Shown one piece after another: positions 37,824 through 48,741 of a stretch of 64,000 nt of DNA (position 1 is the first letter of the stretch; every line of letters begins with the position of its first letter). The position numbers and the translations under genes are program-made. The notes under the pieces are model-generated. The model did not search any database and was not told where the DNA came from. It saw nothing but the letters and a program-made list of their open reading frames with translations. The DNA comes from Candidatus Omnitrophota bacterium (GTDB taxonomy: Bacteria; Omnitrophota; Gorgyraeia; Gygaellales; Profunditerraquicolaceae). The stretch is taken from the NCBI GenBank assembly GCA_018825985.1, contig JAHKAP010000002.1, forward strand, positions 650-64,649, given 5' to 3'.

Positions 37824-39920
37824 ATGGATAGACACATACCATTAGAGAGAATCAGGAATATCGGGATCATCGCCCATATTGACGCTGGAAAGACCACGAC
37901 TACCGAACGGATCCTTTATTATACCGGAAGGACCTATAAGATAGGCGAGGTTAATGAGGGTACGGCGACAATGGATTGGATGGTCCAGGAACAGGAGAGA
38001 GGCATAACTATTACTGCGGCAGCTACTACCTGTTTATGGAAAGATTTTTATATTAGTATTATTGATACTCCCGGGCACGTTGATTTTACCGTAGAAGTAG
38101 AGAGATCGCTTAAAGTTTTAGACGGAGCAGTGGTGGTTTTTTGCGGAGTAGGCGGGGTTGAACCTCAGTCAGAAACGGTCTGGCGGCAGGCGGATCGTTA
38201 TGGCGTACCCAGGATCGCTTTTGTCAACAAGATGGACCGCACTGGCGCGAATTTCATAGAAACAATCGACCAGATGCATAAAAGGTTAGGGGCAAACGCC
38301 GGAGCTATCCAGCTTCCCTATGGAGTGGCAGAGAATTTTAACGGTATTATTGATTTGATTGAAAATAAGCTTATATCTTATACTGAAGTAACCGGAAAGG
38401 AATTTGAGGTTATAGAGATACCTGAAGACGCAAAGAAGGATGCTGAGCATTACCGTAATCTGCTGATTGAAAAATTGGCTGAGGCTGATGATGAAATGCT
38501 GGATATCTATCTTCACCAAAAAGAAATTACCACTGCTAAAATAAAGGAAGTTATCCGCCGGACAGTGGTCCAAAATAAATTTATTCCGGTTCTTTGCGGT
38601 TCCTCATTCAGGAATAAGGGCGTGCAGATGCTATTGGATGCGGTGGGAGATTACCTGCCTTCCCCTAAGGACGTTCCTCCGATTAAAGGGACTAATCCTA
38701 AGACTGAGGAATTTGAGGAAATCGTTGTTAGCGAGAAAGCTCCTTTTTGCGCTTTTTGTTTTAAGGTCGCCACTGATCCTTTTGTGGGCAAACTAAATTA
38801 TATCCGGGTGTATTCTGGTACCCTGAATTCAGGTAAATACATCTATAATTCCAGTAAAAGGGAAAAAGAGCGGATAACTAAACTTTTAAGGATGCATGCT
38901 AATCGTCAGGAGATCATTGAGGCTGCATATGCCGGGGATATCGTGGCCGCGGTTGGTTTAAAGGAGACTAAGACCGGCGATACTCTCTGCGAAGAATCTA
39001 ATCAGATATTAATCGAGGCAATGCGTTTTCCTGAGCCGGTTATCCAGCAGGCGATCGAGCCTAAAACTAAGAATGATCAGGAAAGGCTGGGTATGGCTTT
39101 GCACAAGTTAGTGGAAGAAGATCCGTCATTCAGGGTTAATTATAATCACGAAACCGGCCAGACCGTAATATCAGGGATGGGGCAATTGCATCTTGAGATT
39201 ATTGCCGATAGGATTTTAAGGGAATTTAATGTTCAGGTCCAGACCGGATTTCCGGAAGTCGCGTACCGCGAGACCATTACTAAAAAAGTCAGCTCTACTG
39301 GTAAATTTATTCAGCAGTCCGGAGGCAGGGGCCAATACGGCCATGTCGTGATTGAGTTAGAGCCTCAGGAGGCTCCGGGTGCCGGTATCACATTTGAAAA
39401 TAAGATAAAAGGCGGAGCGATCCCCCAGGAATTTATTCCGTCGGTAAAAGACGGAATATTTGACTGCGCCAAGAGCGGGGTATTAGCCAATTATCCGGTT
39501 ACCGATGTTAAAGTTATCCTGGTGGACGGGTCATTCCATGAGGTGGATTCTTCGGAAATGGCTTTTAAAATGGCCGCCAGTATCGCTTTATCCGACGGCA
39601 TGCGCAAGGCCCATCCGGTATTACTGGAACCGATCATGGATATGGAGATAATCGTACCCGAAGAATTTATGGGAGTGATAATCGGCGATTTAAGTTCCCG
39701 CCGGGCAAAGATAGTCTCGATCAACCCCAGGGCAAATGTCCGGGCGATCAAGACTTTCGTCCCCCTGGCTGAAATATTTAATTACGCGACCGTATCAAGG
39801 TCATTAACTCAGGGCCGCGCGTCTTATACAATGGAGCCCTCATATTACACTGAGGTGCCTTTATATATATCTGAAAAAATTATATCGGGTTTTGCCTCTT
39901 CAGGACAAAAACAACGTTAA
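37824..39920 (+). CDS. fusA: Elongation factor G
   Basis: 698 aa. [52 protein letters not shown]. Confidence 0.95.
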   Translation: MDRHIPLERIRNIGIIAHIDAGKTTTTERILYYTGRTYKIGEVNEGTATMDWMVQEQERGITITAAATTCLWKDFYISIIDTPGHVDFTVEVERSLKVLDGAVVVFCGVGGVEPQSETVWRQADRYGVPRIAFVNKMDRTGANFIETIDQMHKRLGANAGAIQLPYGVAENFNGIIDLIENKLISYTEVTGKEFEVIEIPEDAKKDAEHYRNLLIEKLAEADDEMLDIYLHQKEITTAKIKEVIRRTVVQNKFIPVLCGSSFRNKGVQMLLDAVGDYLPSPKDVPPIKGTNPKTEEFEEIVVSEKAPFCAFCFKVATDPFVGKLNYIRVYSGTLNSGKYIYNSSKREKERITKLLRMHANRQEIIEAAYAGDIVAAVGLKETKTGDTLCEESNQILIEAMRFPEPVIQQAIEPKTKNDQERLGMALHKLVEEDPSFRVNYNHETGQTVISGMGQLHLEIIADRILREFNVQVQTGFPEVAYRETITKKVSSTGKFIQQSGGRGQYGHVVIELEPQEAPGAGITFENKIKGGAIPQEFIPSVKDGIFDCAKSGVLANYPVTDVKVILVDGSFHEVDSSEMAFKMAASIALSDGMRKAHPVLLEPIMDMEIIVPEEFMGVIIGDLSSRRAKIVSINPRANVRAIKTFVPLAEIFNYATVSRSLTQGRASYTMEPSYYTEVPLYISEKIISGFASSGQKQR

Positions 39921-39947
39921 GCCTTATTAAAATCAGGAGGTGATGTA

Positions 39948-41153
39948 ATGGCTAAAGAAAAGTTTGTAAGAAATAGGCCTCACGTAAACATCGGGACAAT
40001 CGGACACATCGATCACGGTAAAACTACTTTGACCGCGGCTATTACCCATGTCTTGGCAAAGTTAGGCAAGGCTACTGCCCGTGATTACGCGGATATCGCT
40101 AAAGGCGGGACAGTAAGGGATGAGACCAAGGTAGTTACTATTTCAGTTGCCCATGTTGAATATGAAACCGATAATCGCCATTATGCCCATATTGACTGTC
40201 CGGGGCATGCGGATTACATTAAAAATATGATAACCGGAGCCGCTCAGATGGACGGCGCGATCCTGGTGGTTTCAGCTGTTGACGGTCCGATGCCTCAGAC
40301 CAGAGAGCACATTCTTTTAGCCCGTCAGGTCAATGTGCCTTCAATGGTAGTATTTTTGAATAAAGTAGATATTGTTACTGATCCGGAATTGATCGATCTG
40401 GTTGAGATGGAAGTAAGAGATCTTTTGACCAAATATGGTTATCCGGGAGATAAAACTCCGGTCATTAGAGGAAGTTCATTAAAGGCTATGCAGGCGGCAG
40501 GAGATCCTAATTCACCCGATGTCAAGCCTATACTGGACCTGATGAAGGCCTGCGATGAATTTATACCTTTGCCGGTTAGAGAATTAGATAAGCCTCTGTT
40601 GATGGCGGTTGAAGACGTATTCACCATCGAAGGAAGAGGGACTGTAGGCACCGGCAGGATTGAGCGCGGCAAAGTCAAACTCAATGATGAGGTAGAGATA
40701 ATCGGGTTAAAACCGGAGATCAAGAAATCAGTTGTTACCGGTATTGAAATGTTCCGCAAGCTTTTGGAAGAAGGACAGGCCGGCGATAACGTAGGGCTCT
40801 TATTAAGAGGCGTGGATAAGAATGATATTGAGCGCGGGATGGTTATTGCTGCCCCTAAATCCATTACTCCTCATACTAAGTTCAAGGCCCAGGTTTACAT
40901 ATTGACCAAAGAAGAAGGCGGAAGGCATACACCGTTCTTTTCAGGTTACAGGCCGCAGTTTTATTTTCGGACCACCGATGTAACCGGATCGTCAAAACTT
41001 CCTCAGGGAGTGGAGATGGTTATGCCCGGTGATAATGTTACGCTGGAGATCGAGTTGATCCAGCCTGTTGCCATGGAAAAGGAATCCCGTTTCGCCATCC
41101 GCGAAGGCGGGCATACAGTGGGAGCGGGCGTTGTTACTGAAATTACAGCATAA
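39948..41153 (+). CDS. tuf: Elongation factor Tu
   Basis: 401 aa. [61 protein letters not shown]. Confidence 0.95.
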   Translation: MAKEKFVRNRPHVNIGTIGHIDHGKTTLTAAITHVLAKLGKATARDYADIAKGGTVRDETKVVTISVAHVEYETDNRHYAHIDCPGHADYIKNMITGAAQMDGAILVVSAVDGPMPQTREHILLARQVNVPSMVVFLNKVDIVTDPELIDLVEMEVRDLLTKYGYPGDKTPVIRGSSLKAMQAAGDPNSPDVKPILDLMKACDEFIPLPVRELDKPLLMAVEDVFTIEGRGTVGTGRIERGKVKLNDEVEIIGLKPEIKKSVVTGIEMFRKLLEEGQAGDNVGLLLRGVDKNDIERGMVIAAPKSITPHTKFKAQVYILTKEEGGRHTPFFSGYRPQFYFRTTDVTGSSKLPQGVEMVMPGDNVTLEIELIQPVAMEKESRFAIREGGHTVGAGVVTEITA

Positions 41154-41167
41154 CCGACTAAATAAAT

Positions 41168-41467
41168 ATGCAAAAAATCAGAATAAAATTAAAGGCATAT
41201 GACCACCGCCTGTTAGATCAGGCGACAGAGGAGATAGTGGATACTGTTAAACGAACAGGAGCTTCTATCTGTGGCCCACTGCCGCTTCCTACTAAAAGGG
41301 AGGTTTATACGGTTTTGACTTCGCCGGTCATCGATAAGAAATCGCGCGAGCAATTTCAGATATCTACACATAAGCGGCTTATCGATATATATGAACCGAC
41401 ATCCAAGACTATTGACGCCTTGAGGAAGTTAAATCTTCCTGCTGGAGTGGACGTAGAAATAAAGTAA
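41168..41467 (+). CDS. rpsJ: 30S ribosomal protein S10
   Basis: [72 protein letters not shown]. Confidence 0.95.
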   Translation: MQKIRIKLKAYDHRLLDQATEEIVDTVKRTGASICGPLPLPTKREVYTVLTSPVIDKKSREQFQISTHKRLIDIYEPTSKTIDALRKLNLPAGVDVEIK

Positions 41468-41568
41468 GCGTTCTTTAGCACAAATGGACACGCATTATCC
41501 CGACGTTTCGTGAAGTCAGCCGGGATCCCGCGTGACTATCAGGATTTGCCGCGGGGTGAGGCGAACAT

Positions 41569-41668
41569 ACACGAATTTATTTGTGTAAATTTGTGTGAGT
41601 TGTAAATTATTTAATTGCTGATTGCGAATTAGTGATAATTCGTGCTAAGAATAGGATAGGTTAAGATA
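41569..41668. promoter_or_regulatory. Conserved leader element ACACGAATTtATTTGTGTAAATTtGTGTGAG...GCGAATTaGTGaTAATTCGTGCTaAgAA...ATAATG upstream of rplC. Homologous copy upstream of rplQ.
   Basis: About 100 nt, nearly co-linear with 56421-56546. Contains direct ACACGAA repeats and the inverted GCGAATTA/TAATTCGTGC. Confidence 0.7.
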
Positions 41669-42340
41669 ATGATAAGTATATTGGGAAAAAAAGTTGGAAT
41701 GACGCACGTTTTTAGCGAAGACGGGCGGATGGTCCCGGTTACGGTCGTGGAAGCCGGGCCCTGTCCGGTTTTAGCGGTCAGGGAAAAGTCTGTTCAGGTA
41801 GGATTTGACCCGGTTAGCGAAAAGAAACTTAAAAAGCCCCAAGCCGGTTATTTTAAGAAATTAAACATCGCCCCGCAAAAAATTATCCGGGATCTTCAAA
41901 AAGAACCGGGTAAAGAGTATAAAGCCGGCGATGAATTAAAAGCGGATATATTTAAGCCCGGCGATTTTGTGGATGTCTCCGGGGTTAGTATAGGTAAAGG
42001 ATTCCAGGGCGGTATGAAACGCTGGCATTGGAAGGGCGGGCCTATGACTCACGGTTCGACTTCGCATCGAAGGGTAGGGTCGATGGGCTCTACTACTACT
42101 CCAGGAAGAGTATGGAAAGGGCACCATCTTCCCGGGCATATGGGCGCGGGTAAAGTTACGGTCCAGAGCCTGGAGATAATCAAGGTTGACCCGGCAAATA
42201 ATTTATTGGCGATCAAGGGCGCTGTTCCCGGGTATAATGATAACTATTTGGTGATTAAAACCGCTAAAAAGAAGAAGGCCAAGGTAGCTCCCGCGGTTTC
42301 TTTAAAAACGGAAAAACAACCAGCTAAAAAGAAATCATGA
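41669..42340 (+). CDS. rplC: 50S ribosomal protein L3
   Basis: 223 aa. MISILGKKVGMTHVFSEDGRMVPVTVVEAGPC.V..FKPGD.VDVSG.S.GKGFQG.MKRW. Confidence 0.95.
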   Translation: MISILGKKVGMTHVFSEDGRMVPVTVVEAGPCPVLAVREKSVQVGFDPVSEKKLKKPQAGYFKKLNIAPQKIIRDLQKEPGKEYKAGDELKADIFKPGDFVDVSGVSIGKGFQGGMKRWHWKGGPMTHGSTSHRRVGSMGSTTTPGRVWKGHHLPGHMGAGKVTVQSLEIIKVDPANNLLAIKGAVPGYNDNYLVIKTAKKKKAKVAPAVSLKTEKQPAKKKS

Positions 42341-42969
42341 ATATAACTGTATATAACACCGACGGAAAAGAAGTTGATTCATTAAAGATCGACGATTCGA
42401 TCATTAATGAAGGCATAAACAAAGCGGCGGTCCATCAGGTGGTGAAGTGTTACCTCGCAAATCAGCGCAAGGGCCTGGCCTCAACCAAGACTAGGGGCGA
42501 GGTGTCAGGCGGCGGTAAAAAGCCCTGGAAGCAAAAAGGCACCGGCCGGGCCAGGATCGGTTCTATACGTTCCCCGCTCTGGCGCCACGGCGGAGTAGTA
42601 TTCGGGCCTCACCCAAGAGATTTTACTTATACCCTTTCGAATAAGATAAAACAAGCGGCTTTAAAAACAGTAGTGGCAGAAAAAATCAGAAATAATTGCC
42701 TGTTGCTTTTGGATAATTTAAAAATTGAGATTCCTAAGACTAAGGAGGCGGTTAAGATCTTAGGAAATTTAAAGGTCAATCACCGCAAAGAAAAGATCTT
42801 AGTTTTATTGGCGAAAATGGATAATGATTTGAAACGTTCGTTTCATAATATCGATTCGTTGATCCTGGATCTCGCCAGAAATAGCAACACCTATCAGATC
42901 CTGAACGCCGATAAGATTATTATTACCAAAGATAGCTTTAAGGAATTAATAGAGAGGGTTAGAAAATGA
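42337..42969 (+). CDS. rplD: 50S ribosomal protein L4
   Basis: 210 aa. Position and KPWKQKGTGRARIGSIRSPLWRHGGVVFGP. Confidence 0.9.
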   Translation: MNITVYNTDGKEVDSLKIDDSIINEGINKAAVHQVVKCYLANQRKGLASTKTRGEVSGGGKKPWKQKGTGRARIGSIRSPLWRHGGVVFGPHPRDFTYTLSNKIKQAALKTVVAEKIRNNCLLLLDNLKIEIPKTKEAVKILGNLKVNHRKEKILVLLAKMDNDLKRSFHNIDSLILDLARNSNTYQILNADKIIITKDSFKELIERVRK

Positions 42970-43244
42970 TTTCTCCTTACGATGTAATCAGGTCTTTGAT
43001 CAGGACCGAAAAATCAAGTTTGCAGGAGCCCGACGGTAAATATCTATTCCTGGTTGAAAAGTCGAGCAACAAGAGCCAGATCAAGCGGGCGGTTGAGGAA
43101 GTTTATAAAGTAAAGGTTACAGATGTAAATACTATAATATCCCCGGGAAAATTGACCCGGGTCAGGTATCAGTACGGGAAAAAGCCTGATTTTAAAAAAG
43201 CAATAGTAACCCTTAAAAAGGGCCAAAAGATCGAGACGGCATAA
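42966..43244 (+). CDS. rplW: 50S ribosomal protein L23
   Basis: 92 aa. [12 protein letters not shown]......[31 protein letters not shown]. Confidence 0.9.
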   Translation: MISPYDVIRSLIRTEKSSLQEPDGKYLFLVEKSSNKSQIKRAVEEVYKVKVTDVNTIISPGKLTRVRYQYGKKPDFKKAIVTLKKGQKIETA

Positions 43245-43245
43245 C

Positions 43246-44079
43246 ATGGGAATAAAAAAATACAGACCAACTACGCCTTCAAGGCGTTTTATGAACGGCC
43301 ATGATTTTTCTGATATAACCAAGACCGAGCCGGAAAAATCCTTGACCGCTCCGATCAAGAAAACCGGTGGCAGGAATAATTACGGCCGGATTACTTCAAG
43401 GTGGCGCGGCGGCGGGCATAAGCGGATGTTAAGACTTATTGATTTTAAAAGGAATATACTGGATACTCCGGCAAAGGTTATGACTATTGAATATGATCCT
43501 AACCGTACTGCCAGGATCGCCCTGGTAGAATATCCTAATAAGGAGAAGAGATATATCCTGGCCCCGATTGGATTAAAGGCCGGCGATGAAATTATTACCT
43601 CTAATCAGAAGTCTACTGAAATCAAGGTGGGAAATTGCCTGATTTTAAGAAATATTCCTCAAGGGACAATGATCCACAATATCGAATTAACTCCCGGAAA
43701 AGGCGGTCAGATCGTCAGGAGCGCTGGAACATCCGCTCAGATCATGGCTAAAGAAGGCGCGTTTGCCCATTTAAAGCTGCCATCTGGCGAGGTAAGATTG
43801 GTTAATTTGGATTGCCATGCCACAATAGGCCAGTTAAGTAATGCTGAAAATGGAGCGATTAATATCGGTAAAGCGGGAAGGAATCGTTGGTTAGGCTTTA
43901 TGCCTAGAGTGAGAGGTTTGGCTATGAACCCGGTGGATCATCCGCACGGAGGCGGAGAAGGAAAGTCAGGACAGGGTAACCCCCATCCGGTAACTCCCTG
44001 GGGTAAGCCTACCAAAGGCTATAGGACGCGTAACCGCACTAAATATTCAAATAAATTTATTATTAAAAGGAGAAAATAA
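43246..44079 (+). CDS. rplB: 50S ribosomal protein L2
   Basis: 277 aa. [47 protein letters not shown]. Confidence 0.95.
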   Translation: MGIKKYRPTTPSRRFMNGHDFSDITKTEPEKSLTAPIKKTGGRNNYGRITSRWRGGGHKRMLRLIDFKRNILDTPAKVMTIEYDPNRTARIALVEYPNKEKRYILAPIGLKAGDEIITSNQKSTEIKVGNCLILRNIPQGTMIHNIELTPGKGGQIVRSAGTSAQIMAKEGAFAHLKLPSGEVRLVNLDCHATIGQLSNAENGAINIGKAGRNRWLGFMPRVRGLAMNPVDHPHGGGEGKSGQGNPHPVTPWGKPTKGYRTRNRTKYSNKFIIKRRK

Positions 44080-44085
44080 AGGCCT

Positions 44086-44373
44086 ATGCCACGCTCATTA
44101 AAAAAAGGACCGTATGTTGAAGAGAAATTGATTAAAAAAGTCGACCGGATGCGTATCTCCGGAGGCCGCCAGGCGATTAAGACCTGGTCCAGACGTTCAA
44201 CCATTATACCTGATTTCGTCGGTTTTACTTTTGCGGTTTATGACGGGAAAAAACACATCCCGGTTTTTGTGACTGAAAATATGGTTGGGCATAAATTGGG
44301 TGAATTTGCTTTTAGCCGGATATTTAGAAAACACGGCGGTGTCAAGGCTAAGAAAGCCCCCGAAAAGACGTAA
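44086..44373 (+). CDS. rpsS: 30S ribosomal protein S19
   Basis: [19 protein letters not shown]........[54 protein letters not shown]. Confidence 0.95.
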   Translation: MPRSLKKGPYVEEKLIKKVDRMRISGGRQAIKTWSRRSTIIPDFVGFTFAVYDGKKHIPVFVTENMVGHKLGEFAFSRIFRKHGGVKAKKAPEKT

Positions 44374-44375
44374 AG

Positions 44376-44598
44376 GCTGTAGGTAGTATGTAGTAGATAG
44401 TAGGCAGGGATTAAATTTCCCCTAAATACTACCTACTAAATACTATCTACTAAGTAAAAGCAGTATGTAGCATATAGTAGGTAGGGATTAGGATATCCCG
44501 GAGAAGCCTACTAAACAAAAAAATAAACAACAATGTAAGTAGAAAAAAGGGGATCAGGGTATCCCTACATACTACCTACTAACTACTATCTACTAAAA
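44376..44598. repeat. Repeat-rich insertion of about 225 bp between rpsS and rplV. TAGTAG / TACTACCTACTAA-word arrays form two palindromic modules, each around a GGGAT...ATCCC hairpin.
   Basis: GTAGGTAGTATGTAGTAGATAGTAGG ... GGGATTAAATTTCCC ... CTAAATACTACCTACTAAATACTATCTACTAAG, and again GTAGGTAGGGATTAGGATATCCC ... GGGGATCAGGGTATCCCTACATACTACCTACTAACTACTATCTACTAA. Confidence 0.8.
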
Positions 44599-44602
44599 TA
44601 AA

Positions 44603-44935
44603 ATGATTGTAAAAGCTGAAAATAAGCATATAAAAATTTCACCGAGCAAGATGCGCGAGGTGATGGATTTGATCCGAAATAAGGATGTTCAGGAGGCAGA
44701 GGCGATCCTGATAAATTTAAATAAAAGGCCCAAAGAAAGTTTAATAAAAGTCTTGCGCTCGGCGATCGCTAATGCTAAAATTAAAGGCTTTGAACCTCGG
44801 CAATTATACATATCTAAGGTCATTTGTAATGTTGGGCCAGCCTGGAAGAGGTATAAGGCCGCGGCATTCGGCAGGGCAACGCCGATAAAAAGAAGGACCT
44901 CGCATATCAAAATCGAACTGGATTTGAAAGGATAA
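44603..44935 (+). CDS. rplV: 50S ribosomal protein L22
   Basis: 110 aa. AENKHIKISPSKMREVMDLIRNKDVQEAEAIL. Confidence 0.9.
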   Translation: MIVKAENKHIKISPSKMREVMDLIRNKDVQEAEAILINLNKRPKESLIKVLRSAIANAKIKGFEPRQLYISKVICNVGPAWKRYKAAAFGRATPIKRRTSHIKIELDLKG

Positions 44936-44938
44936 AAA

Positions 44939-45607
44939 ATGGGACAAAAAGTAAGCCCTTTGTTATTAAGAATAGGTTTTACCAAAAATTGGCATAGCCG
45001 CTGGTTTGCCGGTAAGAAGGATTTTGCCAGATTTGTATCCGAGGATTTTAATATCCGTAAATACATTAAATCAAAATTCAAACAGGCAGCAGTAGCGCGG
45101 GTTATAATCGAGAGGCTTACCGAAAAAGTTAAGATCCGGATCCAGTCAGCCCGGCCGGGTATTATTATAGGCCGCCACGGAGCTGATATAGAGCGCTTAA
45201 GAGAAGATATAAATAGCATGGTTAAAAGAGAGGTTTCGATAGATATAGAAGAGATAAAAAATCCGGCTATGGATGCTCAGTTGGTATCTGAAAATATCGC
45301 GATGCAAATAGAGAAAAGGGTTGCTTTCCGCAGAGCGGTAAAAAGGGCCATTGAACAGACAATGTCCGCGGGGGCAAAAGGAGTAAAGATATCTACTGCC
45401 GGCAGGTTAAACGGCGCTGAAATGTGCCGCACTGAAACCTATAAACAGGGGAAGGTTCCGCTACAGACTTTTCGTGCGGATATTGATTATGGTTTTTCCG
45501 AGGCTTTCACAACCTATGGGTTGATCGGAGTCAAGGTTTGGCTTTATAAAGGCGATATATTAGGTAAGCCTATTGCACCGCGGGATGCGCGCCAGCAGGG
45601 CGCGTAG
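44939..45607 (+). CDS. rpsC: 30S ribosomal protein S3
   Basis: 222 aa. MGQKVSPLLLRIGFTKNWHSRWFA, KH and S3-C domains. Confidence 0.95.
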   Translation: MGQKVSPLLLRIGFTKNWHSRWFAGKKDFARFVSEDFNIRKYIKSKFKQAAVARVIIERLTEKVKIRIQSARPGIIIGRHGADIERLREDINSMVKREVSIDIEEIKNPAMDAQLVSENIAMQIEKRVAFRRAVKRAIEQTMSAGAKGVKISTAGRLNGAEMCRTETYKQGKVPLQTFRADIDYGFSEAFTTYGLIGVKVWLYKGDILGKPIAPRDARQQGA

Positions 45608-45704
45608 GTTGTAAATTAAAAGCGTAATCTTTTAAAATCAAAACCCCGCACCTTCCAACAGGGTATTCTGGGAAGGTGAGGGATAAACAAAAAGCGAGAT
45701 TGAT

Positions 45705-46121
45705 ATGGCATTAATGCCCAAAAGGGTTAAATTCAGGAAGCTGCAAAAGGGTCAACGACGCGGTATTGCCAGCAGAGGTTCGGAATTGGCGTTCGGCGAG
45801 TTCGGGTTAAAAGTGTTAGCAAACGGTTGGCTTAAGAATAATCAGATTGAGGCCTGCCGCGTGGTTCTGGCCAGGCAGTTACATAAAGGCGGAAGACTAT
45901 GGATCAGGGTTTTTCCGGATAAATCTATAACCAAAAAACCGGCGGAAGTTCGCATGGGTAAAGGCAAAGGGGATATCGACCATTGGGTATGTGTTATTAA
46001 GAGAGGCCGTATCCTTTTTGAATTAAGCGGTGTGCATGAAGAATATGCCCGCAGGTGTTTCAGGTTGATAGCCTACAAGCTTCCTTTTAGGGCAAAGTTC
46101 GTAACCAGGGCGCATAAGTAA
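45705..46121 (+). CDS. rplP: 50S ribosomal protein L16
   Basis: 138 aa. [61 protein letters not shown]. Confidence 0.95.
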   Translation: MALMPKRVKFRKLQKGQRRGIASRGSELAFGEFGLKVLANGWLKNNQIEACRVVLARQLHKGGRLWIRVFPDKSITKKPAEVRMGKGKGDIDHWVCVIKRGRILFELSGVHEEYARRCFRLIAYKLPFRAKFVTRAHK

Positions 46122-46201
46122 ATGAACCCCGCACCTTCTAAAGAATTCAGTTATAATAAGGTAAAAGGTGCCGGGTCCATGAATAAGAGAGAAGGTGCGG
46201 G

Positions 46202-46402
46202 GTGAAAATACAAGAGCTGCGTAATTTATCAAGAGAAGAATTAATAAATAAGGAAAAATCCCTGAAAGAGGAATTGTATAAAATGAATCTTCAGCGTTAC
46301 GGCGGACAGGTAGAAAAACCGCACAAGTTCTCTTTGATCAAGAGGGATATTGTCAGGATCAAAACAATTCTATCGGAAAAGAAAGAGAAAATAAATGGGT
46401 AA
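46202..46402 (+). CDS. rpmC: 50S ribosomal protein L29
   Basis: 66 aa. MKIQELRNLSREELINKEKSLKEELYKMNLQR. Confidence 0.85.
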   Translation: MKIQELRNLSREELINKEKSLKEELYKMNLQRYGGQVEKPHKFSLIKRDIVRIKTILSEKKEKING

Positions 46403-46676
46403 GCGCAAATTATTTACAGGCGTCGTAGTCAGCGATAAAATGATGAAGACAGTTATCGTGAAGATTATGCATTTAAGCAAGCATCCCAAGTATGGTAGGA
46501 TCATGAAAAGGTATAATAAATTTAAGGCTCATGATGAGTCAAACAATGCTAAGGTAGGCGATACTGTCAAAATCGAGGAAACCAGGCCTATATCTAAAGA
46601 TAAACGTTTTCGGGTCTTGGAGATCGTTAAAAAAGCCAAGATGCTGCACGTTGAATCAAAGGATGAGGTAAAATGA
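46395..46676 (+). CDS. rpsQ: 30S ribosomal protein S17
   Basis: 93 aa. [46 protein letters not shown]. Confidence 0.9.
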   Translation: MGKRKLFTGVVVSDKMMKTVIVKIMHLSKHPKYGRIMKRYNKFKAHDESNNAKVGDTVKIEETRPISKDKRFRVLEIVKKAKMLHVESKDEVK

Positions 46677-47041
46677 TCCAATTACGTACTATTTTGGATG
46701 TGGCGGATAATAGCGGCGCGAGAAAAGCGTCTTTGATCGGTGTATTAGGAAAGAAAAACAGTTTGACTGCCGTTATCGGGGACGTTGTTAATGTTAATAT
46801 TAAGGAATCATCGCCGGATGGGGTGGTTAAAAAAGGAGAGGTGGCAAAGGCGGTGATAGTCAGGACCAAGGAAGCGATCAGGCGCGCCGACGGTTCGATA
46901 TTGAGATTCGACCGTAATGCCGTAGTTATTATTGACGCTCAGATGAATCCCAGGGGGACAAGAGTTTTCGGGCCGGTAGCGAAAGAATTAAGGGAGAAGA
47001 ACTTTACAAAAATCATTTCCCTGGCCCCGGAAGTCATATAG
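46673..47041 (+). CDS. rplN: 50S ribosomal protein L14
   Basis: 122 aa. [26 protein letters not shown]. Confidence 0.95.
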   Translation: MIQLRTILDVADNSGARKASLIGVLGKKNSLTAVIGDVVNVNIKESSPDGVVKKGEVAKAVIVRTKEAIRRADGSILRFDRNAVVIIDAQMNPRGTRVFGPVAKELREKNFTKIISLAPEVI

Positions 47042-47060
47042 AAAGCTGTAAAAAAATATT

Positions 47061-47137
47061 ATGATTCCAGAGATTAAAAGACAGATTACAGAGATAAAGC
47101 TATAATCGCTGTAATCTTTTCTAAAATCTTTGTAATC
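47061..47137. repeat. ATGATTCCAG-family intergenic element, copy 2 (between rplN and rplX)
   Basis: ATGATTCCAGAGATTAAAAGACAGATTACAGAGATAAAGCTATAATCGCTGTAATCTTTTCTAAAATCTTTGTAATC. Perfect 9-bp inverted AGATTACAG/CTGTAATCT. Confidence 0.8.
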
Positions 47138-47157
47138 GCCGTAAAAAAGGAAGCAGA

Positions 47158-47472
47158 ATGTTAAAGATAAAAAAAGGCGATACAGTTCAGGCGATTAAAG
47201 GTAAGGATAAAGGAAAAAAAGGCAAGGTGTTAAACGTATTAGCCAAGGAAAGCCGGATCATAGTTGAGGGTATAAACCTGGCAAAAAAAGCGATGCGAAA
47301 AACACAAACTAATCAACAAGGCGGGATAGTTTCTATCGAGAGGCCTTTACACATATCCAACGTGATGTATTTCTGTAAGGGCTGCAGCCGGCCTTCCCGC
47401 GTAGGGTTTAAGCTTCTGGAAGATAAAACTAAGGTAAGATTTTGCAAAAATTGCAGCGAAAACATACAATAA
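47158..47472 (+). CDS. rplX: 50S ribosomal protein L24 with C-terminal CxxC...CxxC zinc-ribbon-like tail
   Basis: [27 protein letters not shown] (KOW). C-terminus [33 protein letters not shown]. Confidence 0.9.
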   Translation: MLKIKKGDTVQAIKGKDKGKKGKVLNVLAKESRIIVEGINLAKKAMRKTQTNQQGGIVSIERPLHISNVMYFCKGCSRPSRVGFKLLEDKTKVRFCKNCSENIQ

Positions 47473-47483
47473 GGAACCATATT

Positions 47484-48038
47484 ATGATACCTAGATTGCT
47501 GGAAAAATACCGTAATGAAATATCCCCGATAATGATGGAGCAATTTAAACTTAAAAACAAGTACGCTGTCCCTAAGATTGAGAAAATAGTAGTGAATATG
47601 GGGGTCGGTGAGGCTCTTGGCGATATTAAGATACTGGAAAAGGCAATGGATGACCTGGCCCTTATTACTGGCCAAAAACCGATCATGCGCCGGGCCAAAA
47701 AAGCTATCGCAAATTTTAAGATCAGGGATGGTTTGCCCATAGGCTGCAAGGTAACGCTTAGAAAAACAATGATGTACGAGTTTATGGACCGGTTGTTAAA
47801 TGTGGCCCTTCCGCGTATCCGGGATTTCCGGGGAGTGCCGGAGAGGTCTTTTGATAAAGCCGGTAATTATACGCTGGGGCTCTCTGAACAGGGGATTTTT
47901 CCGGAAATAGATTATGACCGGATCACCCGGGTCCAGGGCATGGATGTAACCTTTGTAATCAAAAATGCCAAAACCGCGGAAGAGGCTAGGGAATTCTTAA
48001 GATTATTTGGCATGCCTTTTTCCCGCAAAAACGAATAA
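47484..48038 (+). CDS. rplE: 50S ribosomal protein L5
   Basis: Start at ATG 47484 ([15 protein letters not shown]), preceded by AAGGAACC. The track ORF 47442 start overlaps rplX. Confidence 0.9.
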   Translation: MIPRLLEKYRNEISPIMMEQFKLKNKYAVPKIEKIVVNMGVGEALGDIKILEKAMDDLALITGQKPIMRRAKKAIANFKIRDGLPIGCKVTLRKTMMYEFMDRLLNVALPRIRDFRGVPERSFDKAGNYTLGLSEQGIFPEIDYDRITRVQGMDVTFVIKNAKTAEEAREFLRLFGMPFSRKNE

Positions 48039-48118
48039 AAATTGGGCGGGATCCCGCTTGAGGAAGAATGAAATGAGCGGTAAAGACTAAGAAACAATAA
48101 GGAGAATATTTTAAAGAT

Positions 48119-48304
48119 ATGGCTAAGACATCACAGATAAACAGATGGAAGGGTAAAAAGAAATTTTCAACCCGAGAATATAACCGTTGCCGCATCTGCG
48201 GCCGCTCAGGCGGATATTTAAGGAGATTTCAGCTTTGCCGCATATGTTTTCTGGAATTAGCCTGGCAGGGACTGATCCCCGGGGTCAAAAAATCCAGTTG
48301 GTAA
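48119..48304 (+). CDS. rpsZ: 30S ribosomal protein S14, type Z (zinc-binding)
   Basis: 61 aa. [48 protein letters not shown]. Confidence 0.9.
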   Translation: MAKTSQINRWKGKKKFSTREYNRCRICGRSGGYLRRFQLCRICFLELAWQGLIPGVKKSSW

Positions 48305-48330
48305 ATTAAAATAAAGGAGAAACTATATAA

Positions 48331-48726
48331 ATGTCTAGGACAGATTCGATAGCTGACGCCTTTACCGTGATCAGAAACGCGATCATGGCTAAGAAGGAGA
48401 ATTTGGATATTCCTGCTTCCAGGGTTATAACAGTTATCCTGGAAATACTTAAAAAGGAAGAATACATAGATAACTTTAAGTCTATAGAGGATAAAAAACA
48501 GGGGATTTTGAGGGTATATCTTAAATACGTCGGAAAGAAATGCGTGATCGGCGGCATAAAACGCATCTCCACCCCCGGCTTACGCAAGTATGTGACTCAT
48601 GATAAGATCCCCTATGTTTTACGAGGCAGGGGCCTGGCTATAATTTCGACCTCAAAGGGGATTCTAACGGATAAAGAAGCCAGGGAGCAAAGGTGCGGCG
48701 GCGAGGTTATTGGGTATATTTGGTAA
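48331..48726 (+). CDS. rpsH: 30S ribosomal protein S8
   Basis: 131 aa. DSIADAFTVIRNA.MAKKE..., ISTSKGILTDKEAREQRCGGEVIGYIW. Confidence 0.9.
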   Translation: MSRTDSIADAFTVIRNAIMAKKENLDIPASRVITVILEILKKEEYIDNFKSIEDKKQGILRVYLKYVGKKCVIGGIKRISTPGLRKYVTHDKIPYVLRGRGLAIISTSKGILTDKEAREQRCGGEVIGYIW

Positions 48727-48741
48727 GGAGGGATAGGTTTC

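Noticed and set aside
44689-45219. Minus-strand 176-aa ORF antisense to rplV and rpsC
   Set aside because: It is embedded in two highly conserved ribosomal protein genes and has no motifs.
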